Source: Bugula neritina (Eukaryota > Animalia > Bryozoa). Taken from it: 64,000 nt of DNA. The stretch spans positions 9,120,973 to 9,184,972 of the forward strand of contig OZ037770.1 in assembly GCA_964035545.1 (NCBI GenBank), written 5' to 3'. Position 1 is the first letter of the stretch. Each line of letters opens with the position of its first letter. The position numbers and the translations under genes were made by a program. Positions 24,801-37,543 of this stretch are shown here, piece by piece. Below the pieces are notes generated by a model, which was given only the letters and a program-made list of their open reading frames with translations, did not search any database and was not told the origin of the DNA.

Positions 24801-25740
24801 TGTATATACTTGGTAACTGTTACACTGTGTAGTTACTACAAATTCTACAGAATGTGAAACACTGTCTGAGAATGTAATAATGCAACCAGTTTACAAACTC
24901 GAATACTAAACCAGTAAACTTGAACATAACCCCAAGCAAGCAAGGGTCTCCAAGAATTTTTCTATAACTGGCTGTTACATTGGCAATGTTTTACTCTATA
25001 ATACAGAATAGAAATTCTGTAACCTATTTTACTGGGGTAAGACATAGTGATGGTGTTTATAGTGAAATATTATTTTGCCATTAGTAACTGTAATCACTTT
25101 AAAATATTCACTGCTTATAGAATACATTGGAATAATTAATCGCAATATGGCTATTATTTTACCACAGCCAATCAAATGATCATGACATTATATTGCCACC
25201 CAAGGATTTCAAACTGTCACTCAAACCAACATTATTACAAAATCACCATTAAACTGGACCTGAGGTGTGAGAATTACCCAAATTATCATAAGGAGAAGTC
25301 AGGTGCAACAATTCACAGATGCTACTAATATATCAGTGGAGATCCTGCTACACTAACAGGTTTCGTGTACCCTCACAATATCTGACTGATATTCATGTAA
25401 CATTGTTGCTATTGGAAACCAGGTACACAGGAAGTAATACTATCATAACTTTTACTGGTTCTAGACTCTACCATTTGGTTTACAAGGAGTTATTAGTTAG
25501 CCAACACAGAGCTATTGTGATTTAAATTGGACGGATTTACAGTATTATGGTTTGGCATCACTTTTATAGCTTTGCTACCTGAAGTTGGACACCTCTAGTA
25601 TAAATCATAACCAGTGAACTAAAAGTTTTAGTTCATTGATCATAACTATGTAGTAAATTTTGCACTATGGTTGAAGCTAATAAATTTTGGCTAAGTGCAG
25701 CACAAAGTTCTAGGTCACTGAGCCCAAACTCCAAAGTCTA

Positions 25741-26393
25741 TCCCCTCATTCACACTTTGCCAAATCGCAGGCCGCAACGTAAAATATCAGCCATTTTTAC
25801 AAATGTCTGAGCTTCCTGTACGGCAATGCGGTACATTGTCAGATCAAGCACTGCATGATTCAAACCAGTTGCGGCGGGCTCCTATTCTACAGGAAGACAT
25901 ACACATTAATTCATTGGATATAAATGTCCAATGAGGTGCCATAAATCATACCCAATAGCGCACTTAGCCTAGGGCCACACGGCGCGTATTTTCGCATGCG
26001 AAAATTGAAATCACAAGTAGCAAAGGTGTCCACTGTGCGCGTTGAGAAAACCTTCGCACTTATCGCTCTGCATTTTCAACGCAAGTGCGAATCGTCTCCG
26101 TCGCCGTCACCTAATTGGCTGGTAGTTATTCAGCGAGCCCAATTTCTTTATTTAGTGCTATATTCCAGTAAATTGCGTTTTATTGAATGCGAGTGCGATT
26201 TAAAAATGAAAGCTTTATTTATCACGCATCACTGACGCTACAGTGGACACCTTTGCTACTTGTGATTTTATTTTTCGCATGCGAAAATACGCACAGTGTG
26301 GCCCTAGGCTTAGAGAACTTCAGCTCGGGCACATTAACAATGGCTGACATTTTACGTTACGGCCTACTATACGGCAAAGTGTGAATGACAGGT
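25741..26393. mobile_element. TIR element family C (hosts a nested family B MITE)
   Basis: Long imperfect TIRs TCATTCACACTTTGCC...GGCAAAGTGTGAATGA with TA flanks; uninterrupted paralog at ~51417-51723. Ends approximate. Confidence 0.65.
25967..26309. mobile_element. PIF/Harbinger MITE family B, copy 2 (inverted relative to copy 1)
   Basis: GCCTAGGGCCACAC TIRs, exact TTA TSD, empty site near 51640 (cac-tta-gag). Confidence 0.9.
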
Positions 26394-28030
26394 ATACTCA
26401 AACATGAAAAATGCTCAGCTAATGCACTCAATGACCCCAAACTTTCTGTTGCATAAATCCATTTCCGAACTAGGATGCCCTGGTGTGTAACTTTTCAAAA
26501 ACTTTCTGTAATATACACTCAACAATTACATGGCTTTGTGTTGTTGCACAGGAACGTACAATTTTAAGCAAATCTTTAGCCCACAAACAGAGGCAACTTA
26601 TTTCGTATAATAGTTATATTATATAACCCTTTAGCCTGCATATAAAGGCAATTAAGAACAGAGCCAAATAGAGGCAATTTATTTTTCATAATATTTACAG
26701 AAAATAAAGATCAATTTCAAACATACAATCTAGCAGGAAATATGGAACTAGTTCATGTGTAGAGACAAATAAAGTGATAAATCATGTTTTGTGGTTATCT
26801 GTCAAAATACATAACTTTATAACAGCTCACTGTGTAAACTATCAGTATATATAACTATATTATGTAAAATATTAGCTTGTCACACAAAAGCAGTAAATTG
26901 AGATTAGCATCAACAATATAGTAAAATGAATGTTGCAGTAATGGTTGATATTTGATGGTAAATTATAGTAAACATTGTGATGTACTAGAATATCGGTATG
27001 TAGTAAATGTAGACTTAGAGTTACCATATAATCACATTGATCTCTATACGACCTTCAATATAAATCAGGTTAGATATATAAAAAGTTACAGGCTAATACC
27101 TTAAAGTCATGCAGGTTGTGAAATAGGGTTGGTACAAGTGAAAATAAATTGGCGCTTGGAATTATTTAAGTTTAGGTGTAAATGTTAGTTACTGTGACGT
27201 CATACGTCTTTCCACCCCATGCATAGCTGAATAAGTGAGTTACTGGGACGTCACACAGCCTGCCACACTGTATCATAGCTCCATGTTGAAGAACTCAGTC
27301 TACAGAGTCAACTTTGAGAATCATCTAGAAATAACAGACACAGTGTATATGTAGAAGTTGTACATCTTAGACATATCACCACAAATATGTACATTAGTAG
27401 AAAACACAGAGTTGAGCACCAGATGTATTCAAACAGAGTCTAGTGTGATAAACAATATAATAAATGTACCACAAGATGGAATAATATCCTGTCACACACC
27501 TGTTTAGTTTAGCTGGTAAAACAGAACTTTCTTCTCATCCCATCTAGGTACAATCAGAGTGTCTTTATACACATGAAGATCACACACACTACTCACAGTT
27601 CTATCAGTTGGATCTTCTACTTTGGACAGTTGTGTACCTGTAACAGGAAATTATGTATTAGTGTGTCATCACTAGTACATAGCATAGTATATTGTGGTGG
27701 CTCGTGGAGCTACCAGCAACACAATACGCGAGGTTGCGTATTGACCCGGAACAATGTATTAGCCAATTAGCTAAGCTGTTTGATAAGTAATAGTAGCCGC
27801 TTCGCGCTACTAGCTCAGTTGAGGATAGTGCTGTAAAATTAAATAGACGTGCGTATCATTACTGTTGTACATTGGAGTTTATTATGTATTCTTGTATTAA
27901 ATATAACGATATCTACTCGACTTAACCGGTGAAGTTTCTCTAGTGATAAATAGACTCTCTTGGTGGCACATCAACCCTAAATCTGAAAACTATAACAGTG
28001 GTGGCAGCGGTGGGATAGTGTATATCAAAG

Positions 28031-28897
28031 ATGGAGACTGAAAATGCTAGAATGCAACCACCCCCAGTAGAAGGTGAGCGTAGAAATGCTGTTAATCCTG
28101 TGAATCGTGAAGGAGAAGAAGCTTATAGACATTGCTTGAAAGCTCCCACCTTTACTGGGTCGGAAGATGTCGAACAATTTATACAAGAATTCAGAGAAGT
28201 AATGGAAGTTGCTCAATGGCCGCATAGAGTAGCCCTCATTCAATTGCGGAGAGCGGTGACGGAGCAAGCCAAGCCGTACGGAGTGGGAACGGACGTAGAC
28301 GGCATACTGGCTGCGCTGCGGGCCCGTTTTGGCACCTCCGTCATAGACGCTAGGACCAAGCTGGAGAGATTGTGCCGCACCCCGCGGACCTCGCTGCAAG
28401 AACATGCCGCGACGGTGAAGAAGCTGGCGCAGATTGCATATAGCGACCTGCCAGCACAACACCAAGAGCGTTACACCTATGACGCCTTTGACCAGTCCCT
28501 AAACGACCTGGGCCTAGACCATCACCTACGAGCTAAAGGGATAACCAGAATAGAGGATGCCCTGAAGGCTGGAGAAGCTTACCTGTTGGCTACCCAAATG
28601 CATCGAGCACAAAGGAACCCACCAGTAGTTGGAGTCAGCGCTGCCAGGGCTACGACAGGCTCCGAAGCCCTCCCGCTGGAAGCCGAAGTGGACCGTATGG
28701 TAGAGATGCTGGGACAACTGGTAACCATTCTGGCCGGTGCTGGCCCCGGTCAGGCCTTGCGGATGCCCCCAACACCTGTGGGGCAGGGCTGGAGTAGCGC
28801 TGATCAGGACCAGGGACAGAAAGGACGACCCCAATACCAGGAGGCGTTAAACTGTCACGGCCCGCGGACACTCTCCCTCCCCGCGGGCCGCAACTAA
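28031..28897 (+). CDS. gag: E3 Gag (288 aa, no recognisable CCHC knuckle)
   Basis: Starts just after the PBS; PTFTGSEDVEQFIQEF capsid-like motif homologous to E1 gag. Confidence 0.85.
   Translation: METENARMQPPPVEGERRNAVNPVNREGEEAYRHCLKAPTFTGSEDVEQFIQEFREVMEVAQWPHRVALIQLRRAVTEQAKPYGVGTDVDGILAALRARFGTSVIDARTKLERLCRTPRTSLQEHAATVKKLAQIAYSDLPAQHQERYTYDAFDQSLNDLGLDHHLRAKGITRIEDALKAGEAYLLATQMHRAQRNPPVVGVSAARATTGSEALPLEAEVDRMVEMLGQLVTILAGAGPGQALRMPPTPVGQGWSSADQDQGQKGRPQYQEALNCHGPRTLSLPAGRN
28846..28890 (+). other. Candidate -1 programmed ribosomal frameshift signal
   Basis: G_TTA_AAC in gag phase, 5-nt spacer, 10-bp stem CGGCCCGCGG/CCGCGGGCCG; the -1 frame is open into PR; same signal in E2 near 23896-23941. 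Confidence 0.75.
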
Positions 28898-31800
28898 AGG
28901 AGTATGGTGGAACACGCCGTCGTCTGTCCGTACGGACACGGCGGAACATTCTACCCGAGTGGCAGGTACCACGCAGGACTAGTAGGCCCGCACAACGGCC
29001 CAGTACCTTTTCCCTGCCACTCGCTAACCGGTTTCACCGGTTACCTCGGGAGGAGGAGCCCGCCACTGAAATGGAGCCAGAAGGCCCAGTGGAGAGGCCC
29101 AAACCCCGCCGGCACCAACCTCGCCGCCGGAAGCCCCGTAAACCACGGGTGAAACCCCCGCCGTCCTGTCAAACCAGGACAGCACATGCGGGGGGGGTGA
29201 AAGTACAACCACATGGAGAGAGCTATTTCCTACCCGGAAAGGTGGCCGGCAACGCCGTCACTTTCCTGCTCGACTCCGGTTGTACTACTAACCTTCTCAG
29301 CCGTAGAGTCTTTGAGGCACTGCCACGCCGGGACAGGGATAGAGTACGACCATATACTGGAGAACATGGCACCCTGGCAGACGGGTCATGTATCCCCTTT
29401 TATGGTATTATCGAGCTCCCTGGGCGTGTCCGAGATCAGGCTGTACAGGAGACCTTTATCATAGGTCAACAGGAGGAAGATGCTATCCTCGGAATGCCCT
29501 TCTTGAAGCAACACCAGTGCCGAATAGATTTTAGTAAGTCGGTGGTGCTGATGGGCGGGCGAGAACTCGCCTGTGTGGATAAGTTTGGGCGTCCTCTGAT
29601 GGGCGGTGTTCAGGTAGTTCGAAACTGCACCGTACCCGGACGCTCCAGAGCTACTATCCACTGCCGAGTGAACAGCAACCGGATAGCCAGGCTCGGGGTC
29701 GTTGAAAGCGCGCACGAAAAGATCCAACTCGCCAGTAGTTTAAACCGACTAACTGAGCGAGGGGAGGTCTTAGTGCAGTGCGTCAACCCCTTTACCGAGC
29801 CCATTGAGCTCCCAGCTGGGTCAATGCTGGGCCGGTTCCATTCCGTCCAGGAAGAGGACGTGAGCCCGTCGCTGGGTGACGCGACGGAGGCACCCCCCCG
29901 ACACCCTATTCAGGGACGAGGGGCAGTCCCGACACATCTCCGGGAGTTATACGAAACAGCCAGTGGCGGCTGCGCGAGTAACAGAGAACGCCAAGCTATG
30001 GCCAAGTTACTACGCGACTACGGTGATGTGTTCAGCAGCGGAGAGAATGACGTGGGACTGACTGGAATTGTCAGACACGAAATACCGCTGACTGCAGGGA
30101 CAGTCCCTGTCCGGCAGCCCACGCGCAGGCTGGGGCCGGAGAAAGAGAAGGAGGTTAGCCGACAAGTACGGGATCTTCTGGACCGGGGACTGATAGAGCC
30201 CGCCCATAGTGCGTGGAGCTCGCCAGTCGTACTGGTCCGGAAGAAAGACGGCAGTTGGCGGTTCTGTGTGGACTACCGCAAACTCAATAGCGTAACCATA
30301 CAGGACGCCTACCCTCTACCTCGTATTGACGAGTCATTGGACGCCCTAGCCGGCAGCAAGTACTTCAGTACGTTAGACTTGCTAAGCGGCTATTGGCAGG
30401 TTCCTCTGAGTCCCGACGCCCAAGAGAAAGCGGCGTTTATCACACGGGACGGTTTGTTGGTAGTGGAAGGTGCTGCCCTTCGGGTTAACCTCCGCCCCAG
30501 CCACCTTCCAGAGGCTGATGGAACAAGTCCTTAGCGGACTCCATTGGAAGACACTGCTGGTCTACCTCGATGATGTCATCGTAATCTCTCCAGACTTCGA
30601 GACACATGTCAGTCGTCTGCAGGAGGTTTTCGAGAGACTCCGAGGTGCCGGTCTTAAGCTCAAACCTTCCAAGTGCGCTCTGTTGCAGCCGGAGGTCAAG
30701 TACCTGGGGCACGTTGTCGGTCGAAACGGCGTGGCAACGGATCCCGAAAAGGTACGGGCAGTAGAAGACTGGGTCACCCCTCAAGACTTGACCGGACTCC
30801 GGGCTTTCTTGGGGCTGGTAGGGTATTACAGGCAATACATACCAGACTTTGCGGACATAGCCCAGCCGTTAAACCGGCTTACCGCAAAGGGGGTGACGTG
30901 GCAGTGGACTCCAGTCGAACAAGAAGCGTTCGACCGCCTCAAGGGCTGCCTCCTAACGGCGCCCATCTTGGCCTACCCAGACCCCACTCTGGAGTACATC
31001 CTAGACACGGACGCCAGTGACCAGAATGTTGGCGCTGTGCTGTCACAAGTGCAGGAAGGCCGAGAGGTAGTAGTAGCCTACTACAGCAAGTCTCTCTCCC
31101 CCGCTGAACGAAATTACTGCACTACCCGCAAGGAGCTGCTGGCAGTAATCAAGTCAGTGAAGCACTTCAGACCATACCTATATGGCAGGAAGTTCCGGCT
31201 GCGTACGGATCATGCCTCGCTGATCTGGTTGTGCAGGAGAGCAGAACCCTCTAGTCAGGTCGCCCGGTGGCTCGAAATCCTAGCTGAATTCTCGTACCGG
31301 ATCGAACACCGACCGGGCAAGAGACACAGCAATGCGGATGGGTTGAGTCGCCGACCTGACGGAGGTTGCAAACAGTGTCTCAACATCGAGAGGAGGGATG
31401 GAGGTCTCCCACGATGCGAGTTGGAGACGCTGGCTCATCACGGAGCACCGTTTGACTGGGATCAAGGTCAACTCAGGCAAAGAGTAGATGAGTCCCCGGA
31501 GGATGTACAAAACCTCCGCGCCAACCCTGTACTGGCCGGTAAGGTTCGAGAGCTGAAGAAGCTCCAAGAAGAGCTGCCTGGAGTCGTGGCAGACATCTAC
31601 CGGGCCAAAAGGGAAGGGCGACGACCCAGCGAGGAACGCATACGACAGGGATGCGCCGAGTTCCGGCTATACTGTCAGCGTTGGGACTCGCTGCGGATCG
31701 GGCAGGATGGGTTGCTAACCATCTCTCTAGCTGCCAGCGGCAGACACCCGGAAAGGAAGAGGGTAGTCTGCCCCACAGCCATCCGCCGTGAGTTGATTTG

Positions 31801-33472
31801 GGATACTCACAAGCAGGCCCACGCAGGGGTCAAGCGAGTGATATCCAAATTACGACTCTGGTGGTATTGGCCGCAGACGGAGCGTGACGTCCGGCTCAGA
31901 GTCAAACAGTGTGAGATCTGCCAGGCCAGTAAGCATAGCCGCCCCCCTGGTGAAGCAGGACGGCGGAGGCTATATGCTGGTAGGCCCTGGCAAGTAGTCG
32001 CTGTAGACATGGTCGGACCCATGCCCCTGACCCCCAGAGGCAATAATTGGATCCTAGTACTAACCGACCACTTTACTAGGTGGGCGGATGCTCTGGCTAT
32101 CCCAGATGCATCAGCCCCAACAGTGGCCAGGGCACTAGACCAACATGTATTCTGTTATTTTGGGCTTCCCGAACAGATACACTCTGATCAAGGCGCTCAA
32201 TTCCAGTCTCAACTGATGAGCGACCTTTGCCACCTCTGGGGAGTAAATCAGAGCAGGACCACCCCCTACCACCCTCAAGGTAACGGGGTGGTGGAGCGCA
32301 ACAACCGGATGCTAGGTGATGCGCTCCGGAGTCTCCTCCTTGGACGAGGTCAAGAGGAATGGGATACGGTGTTGCCGCAAGTCATGCGTGCATACCGTAG
32401 CACCCCACACACCAGTACTGGTGAGACCCCAAACCTCTTGATGCTCGGGAGAGAGACTCGTGTCCCTGACCATCTCACCTATCACGTTCCAGAGCAGGAT
32501 AACTCAGTCCATGAGTACGCCAGTGAACTAGTGGAACGGATGAAGGCCGCACACGAGATACTGCGTCAACAGCAGTGGAAGGTGCGGCACGAAGATTCCG
32601 ATGAACCACCCCTCTATCAAAGAGGAGATAAGGTGTGGATGGTCAATTACCGTAGGCGCCGCGGACAGGCTGATAAGCTGAAGCCTAAGTTCGTAGGCCC
32701 CTACGTGGTCGTCGAGGCTATGCCCAATCATACGTACAAGATTGAGCGCTCAGGACAGGTGTCTATCCAGAATGAGTCTCGCTTGAAACCGTATTGGGCT
32801 AGCCCTGACGGAGTGGGAGAAGCCCCCCCGTTGTTAGAGCCCAGGAGGCAGACAACGACGCGCGGGCGACGGCGGCATGGACCTGAATACGAAGTGGTCA
32901 TACCGCGGGAGGAAAACTTGGTGAGAGAGGAGCGGCAGCTTTTGTCAACAGAAGCGTGTCCGCCACCGCCAAGTCTAATTCCATCACTTCCAGAAACCGA
33001 GCCGGTTCCGGAAGTGCAAACCCCCACGGAGGGAGGGGCTCCATCCGGAGAACAAGAAGAGGTGACCATTAACGGTGAAGTAGAGACGCCATTAGAGGCC
33101 CCTACTAACGAGCCGGCAAGCGTGTCACCCCCCCTAGAAAGGGGACAGCGTACGAGGAAGCCCCCACCGTATTTGAAAGACTTCATATGTGACTGCATTA
33201 GAAGCGGCGCACATGAAAGTCTAGGGGAAAACCGTACGATGAAATGTTGGAGTTGTGAACCCCACGCAAATATCAACTTTTGCGAGGGCGGAATAGTGGG
33301 AGGAATTAATGCGCGTAAAGCAAATAGTTCCGACCTCGTGCCTCAGAAACGATGCTCAGCCTTTTCTTATGCTGACATCGCCAAAGGCAGACGTATCTCA
33401 CAACCAGCTCCAACCTTACCAAGAACGTTGAGTATGGACATTCATACCGAGTTCCCAGGTAAGCCAGTATAA
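28846..33472 (+). pseudogene. pol: E3 pol (PR-RT-RH-IN) with a frameshift/stop in RT near 30460
   Basis: ORFs 29071-30534 and 30470-33472; GLWKWK is coded as ggtttgttggtagtggaag (extra T plus TAG); catalytic motifs otherwise intact. Confidence 0.9.
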
Positions 33473-33489
33473 GTCTTGTATTCCTATTC

Positions 33490-34392
33490 ATGGAAACGGG
33501 CTCGATGCCAGTAAATTCTGAACTAATTCAGCAGATTGAATCAGAATTACTGGGAACCACGTTTCATGTGAATGACGATGAAGACACTGTAATGGCCGAC
33601 GGTCTGTTAGACCTGGAGCTAGACACTGTTCTTGGTCAGTCCACACATGATTCATCAGTTCCTCGAGTGCATTCCAAAAGCTGTGACTCTCAGGCTAGCA
33701 ACGGTCGACAGTCACTAGAATTATGTTGTAAAGATCCACTGCGATCTAACAATAATTCTACTTTTGTAGACACACTCGCGCCCGTCTCTACGGACATGCC
33801 TTCTCTAGAGATGGCATGGGACCCAGAGCCGGCCCCAACAACTCCTACCACCAGGCAACTGCCACCCCAGTTGGAAGCAACCTCCAACTGGATTACCCCT
33901 GCCACAGAGAGAGAAATCAGGACCCATCAAGGAGGTGAGAGTAATCGTGAATGCAACCTCTGCCAGCAGCGATTCACAACCCACCGCAGACTAAAGGTGC
34001 ACTTGCCGCAGCACTACATCACCACTTTCTGCCCTTGCGGAGAATATAGCTATAATCGTGATTACCTACTGCGGCACCAACGTACTATGCAGTGCTATCA
34101 AGGACATGTCTATGAAGTAGACGAATCATCATATCCTGCCTTTCTCAACGCCATCAAACCACTCATCACTGACTCAGCTCGGCTATCTCGCCTGGAGCAA
34201 GGCTTCCCTTCCCCGCGACCCATCATCTCTGGAGCCGCTGATAAACCTACACAGTCTGCTAACTCTCCACCTCACGGTCCTATACGCATGCCGCATACCT
34301 TTCCTCGTGTCGTACTACAGAGAGTAGACACAAATGCGTATACACTCCCTACTACTCATTCCCCTACCTCTCTGTGGCATTCCCTACCGTAA
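33490..34392 (+). CDS. E3 ORF3 zinc-finger protein, C-terminal coiled coil deleted
   Basis: CNLC-x12-H-x3-H, CPC-x12-H-x5-C, PRVVLQRVD; relative to E2, sequence after NAYTLP jumps to the 3' UTR. Confidence 0.8.
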   Translation: METGSMPVNSELIQQIESELLGTTFHVNDDEDTVMADGLLDLELDTVLGQSTHDSSVPRVHSKSCDSQASNGRQSLELCCKDPLRSNNNSTFVDTLAPVSTDMPSLEMAWDPEPAPTTPTTRQLPPQLEATSNWITPATEREIRTHQGGESNRECNLCQQRFTTHRRLKVHLPQHYITTFCPCGEYSYNRDYLLRHQRTMQCYQGHVYEVDESSYPAFLNAIKPLITDSARLSRLEQGFPSPRPIISGAADKPTQSANSPPHGPIRMPHTFPRVVLQRVDTNAYTLPTTHSPTSLWHSLP

Positions 34393-35694
34393 TGGTGGCA
34401 CATACTCTATATGTAGATAGGACCTTCTCTTGCTTATTACTTAGTGCACGATATATATACCTGTATATTTTTTACCAGTTGTTGTTTTTTTTTTATATAC
34501 TTTTATGCTGTTCTCTTACCCCCCAACGAAGTATACGTTTTTTTTGTGAATCTTATTTTATCAGAAAGTGGGCTTTCTGCTGGAGGGGGCAGTGTGGTGG
34601 CTCGTGGAGCTACCAGCAACACAATACGCGAGGTTGCGTATTGACCCGGAACAATGTATTAGCCAATTAGCTAAGCTGTTTGATAAGTAATAGTAGCCGC
34701 TTCGCGCTACTAGCTCAGTTGAGGATAGTGCTGTAAATTAAATAGACGTGCGTATCATTACTGTTGTACATTGGAGTTTATTATGTATTCTTGTATTAAA
34801 TATACCGATATCTACTCGACTTAACCGGTGAAGTTTCTCTAGTGATAAATAGACTCTCTTGGTGGCACATCAACCCTAAATCTGAAAACTATAACAATAT
34901 TTTATAGTGTGAGACTGTGAGAAATACTAATATATTGGTAACAGTAGTTAACTAACCAATGTAACACTAACCTGTCTCCGCATCCAGTATCCAGATGGTA
35001 GTTTTACTGCTGCGGTTAGTCACAAGAATATATTTACTTCTATAACAGGTCACACCTTGTGGTTTAGATACATCCTTGCATGTCCAGATGACTTTCTCTG
35101 TTGTCAAGTCTAATTTAAATACTTGAGAGGAACCTCTGTCAGAAACTACTACACAATGTCTGTCTGCAGCACATATTGCTACAGCACTATCCCCGAGTAG
35201 ACGGCAGGAGACATGTTTAATTACCTTCCCAGTAAGAGAGTAGTTTAATGTTAGCTTATTATGTGATAGGAGCAGCAAGAGAATGTTTTTGTAGTTTGTC
35301 ACATAGATCTAGACTGATTTATTATTGAACTTCATAAGTGTACATAAACATAGCAAATCATATATCCTGTTGCTGACCTGACACGACTCTTGCAACAGGG
35401 TTAAAATAACAGCACAGATGACAAAACAGGTTTCTTGTTCTGATTCACTAATTACTACAACATTACATCCTTTATGTATTTCAAAGAAAAGATACTATGT
35501 ATATGTAAAACTGATTACAATAATTTAACTGTTTACACTATGTAGCAACAAAATATAACATAAAATCTTCTGTGCCTCTGCTCTACTATGTATTAATAAC
35601 TTTATAAATCTGCTAACTAATAATAAATGCAGGCACACAAATAAGATCTGGGAACACCTAGAGGGGTAGCCTTTTCATTAAACTTCAATTTTAG

Positions 35695-36540
35695 TTAGCC
35701 AGTTTGCGTGCCCAGTGCGTGAACTACATAATCACCGTATCTATCTGGTGGTTTACGGAGAGGTGGGTCAGGTTTAGCAACTGACATACAATCAATGCAT
35801 TGCCTACAATGTAATTCAGCTTGTTTATCAATTTCTGGCCACCATACCTTGGACCCCAATCTCTGTTTAGCTTTCACCATACCCTGATGACCTTCATGTG
35901 CTAATTGGATCAAGTGGTTGCGGAAACACACTGGCACAACAACTTTATCATTTCTTAGCACTACGTTTTGCACCTCACTAAGTTCACCTGACACTGCCTT
36001 ATAGCCTATGCTACAACTGCTGAAGTCATTATCCTGTATTGCGTTACCCAACTGCTGAATTTCGGCGCACTGCTTAGACTTAGCTACAACATCACCCCAA
36101 CTAAGTGCTATTGGCAAAGACTCTTTGGCAACTGACTCCACAACACTATCACCTACAACGGTATCTATTAATGGCACATAATCTAACCTAGTTGCCATTC
36201 TTGACAATGGGTCAGCATCATTTTCCACCAAACTATCTAATTTAACTTCATTCTGTGAACCTACTGACTGCGCTACTGGCTGAGTATTTTCATCAATGTG
36301 AAACTTGGCGGTGTACCCCCTAAGTTTTCCCAGGCCTTGAAAAACTTCTGGAAAACTGTTCGTAACTTCTTTTGGTGCCTCAGGTAAAACACTGCACACA
36401 ACATTATCACTACATGATATCAGAGAAAGACTGGTGGCAGTTTTAAAACTGAGCAAACACTTTGCCACACCGTTAAACACATAAAATTCAGCCTTCGCAT
36501 GCTTGCTGTTACAATAAACATCTGCACAAAACTTGCCCAA
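35695..36540 (-). pseudogene. E4 pol remnant lacking RT/RNase H and integrase core
   Basis: FPEVFQGLGKL..QPVAQ jumps to ADPLSR; HEGHQG..WWP..CIDC (IN zinc domain) jumps to the RKPPDRYGDY tail. Confidence 0.8.
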
Positions 36541-36559
36541 AATATCTAGTTGCTTTACA

Positions 36560-37543
36560 CTACCATAGGCAATCTAAACCGTGTTGGTCTACACTTTCAA
36601 GAGTTATCTGGCCTGTTTGCTTTAACTTGTTGTATGTTTCAATATCTATGATATTTGTACAAGCACCAGTGTCTATAATAAATTGTACGGTCTCACCCAT
36701 TATAGAGAGCTTGCATTTTGGTATCTGCGTACTAATTCGTTGTACCGTGAACAAGTAGCTGGAATCATCTTTCCATACTGTGTGTGCTTCAGAGGGGTTT
36801 TCAACAGTGTTCACATTTTCTTTAAATGATTTTTCTTTACAAAATCGTGAGCCAGCATAATGTCCTTTCTTCTTACAATCGTTGCAGCTCCGGCTGATAG
36901 CTGGGCATTCTTTACTGTAGCTCATATGTCCAAACTTGCTACAGCGAAAACACTTCTGATTTGGCTTGACTTTTGATCGAGCATGTGAGACAGCTCCAAC
37001 TGTCTCCGGTTGATCATTATTAGAAAACTTGTCAATGTTCTCATGAACTTCCACCTGAAGAGCTACCTTTATAACTTCCTTCAAGTCATTCTGTTGCTCT
37101 GTGGCCATAGCAGCAACACGATCTCGAACAGCTTTGCTATTTACACCAATGCGGAACTGTTCAAGCAGGTTTTCATCTAACATAGTACCAAACTCACATG
37201 TTCTAGCCTGCGTCCGTAAACGAACCACATAATCGGTTACACTCTCGCTATCTGTCCTCCTCACCCCACGAAACTTGGCCCTCTCAACCATCTTGTTGGT
37301 AGCCGTACCAAAGTGAGACTCTAACAATGTCACCAAGTCATTGTAATTCTTCTCCTTTGGCTTCTGTGGAGATGTGAGACTTGACAAGGTCTCATATTGA
37401 GCTTCTGAGAGTCCCATGATAAGAACATGCTTTTTCTTGCCTTCGGCGGTGCCGTGAAACTCAAAGTAACTTTCTAACCTTTCCACATAAGTCTCAATTT
37501 TACCACCAAATACTGGCACACTGCTACCACTACCAGTAGCCAT
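36560..37543 (-). CDS. gag: E4 Gag with two CCHC-type knuckles plus protease N-terminus
   Basis: YVERLESYFE, CFRCSKFGH..CP, CNDCKKKGH..C, FIIDTGA; frameshift near 36580. Confidence 0.8.
   Translation of the reverse strand: MATGSGSSVPVFGGKIETYVERLESYFEFHGTAEGKKKHVLIMGLSEAQYETLSSLTSPQKPKEKNYNDLVTLLESHFGTATNKMVERAKFRGVRRTDSESVTDYVVRLRTQARTCEFGTMLDENLLEQFRIGVNSKAVRDRVAAMATEQQNDLKEVIKVALQVEVHENIDKFSNNDQPETVGAVSHARSKVKPNQKCFRCSKFGHMSYSKECPAISRSCNDCKKKGHYAGSRFCKEKSFKENVNTVENPSEAHTVWKDDSSYLFTVQRISTQIPKCKLSIMGETVQFIIDTGACTNIIDIETYNKLKQTGQITLESVDQHGLDCLW

Larger units (their letters stand above)
27693..34896 (+). mobile_element. Ty3/Gypsy LTR retrotransposon E3 (family B), full length, with extra ORF3
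   Basis: LTRs 27693-27997 and 34593-34896 (one substitution and a 1-bp indel seen); ATAT TSD 27689-27692 and 34897-34900; PBS 27999-28016; PPT GGAGGGGGCAG. Confidence 0.97.
27504..35243 (-). pseudogene. TRIM copy G2, remnant
   Basis: Only the last exon (27637-27504) and the 3' part of the propeller exon (35243-34972) remain; E3 sits in the last intron; RING to mid-propeller is replaced by E4; the 5' non-coding region resumes at 37854. Confidence 0.9.

Noticed and set aside
17651-34896. E2/E3 as an assembly-induced inverted duplication
   Set aside because: Different insertion sites with separate empty paralogs, private lesions and substantial divergence in ORF3 and LTRs.
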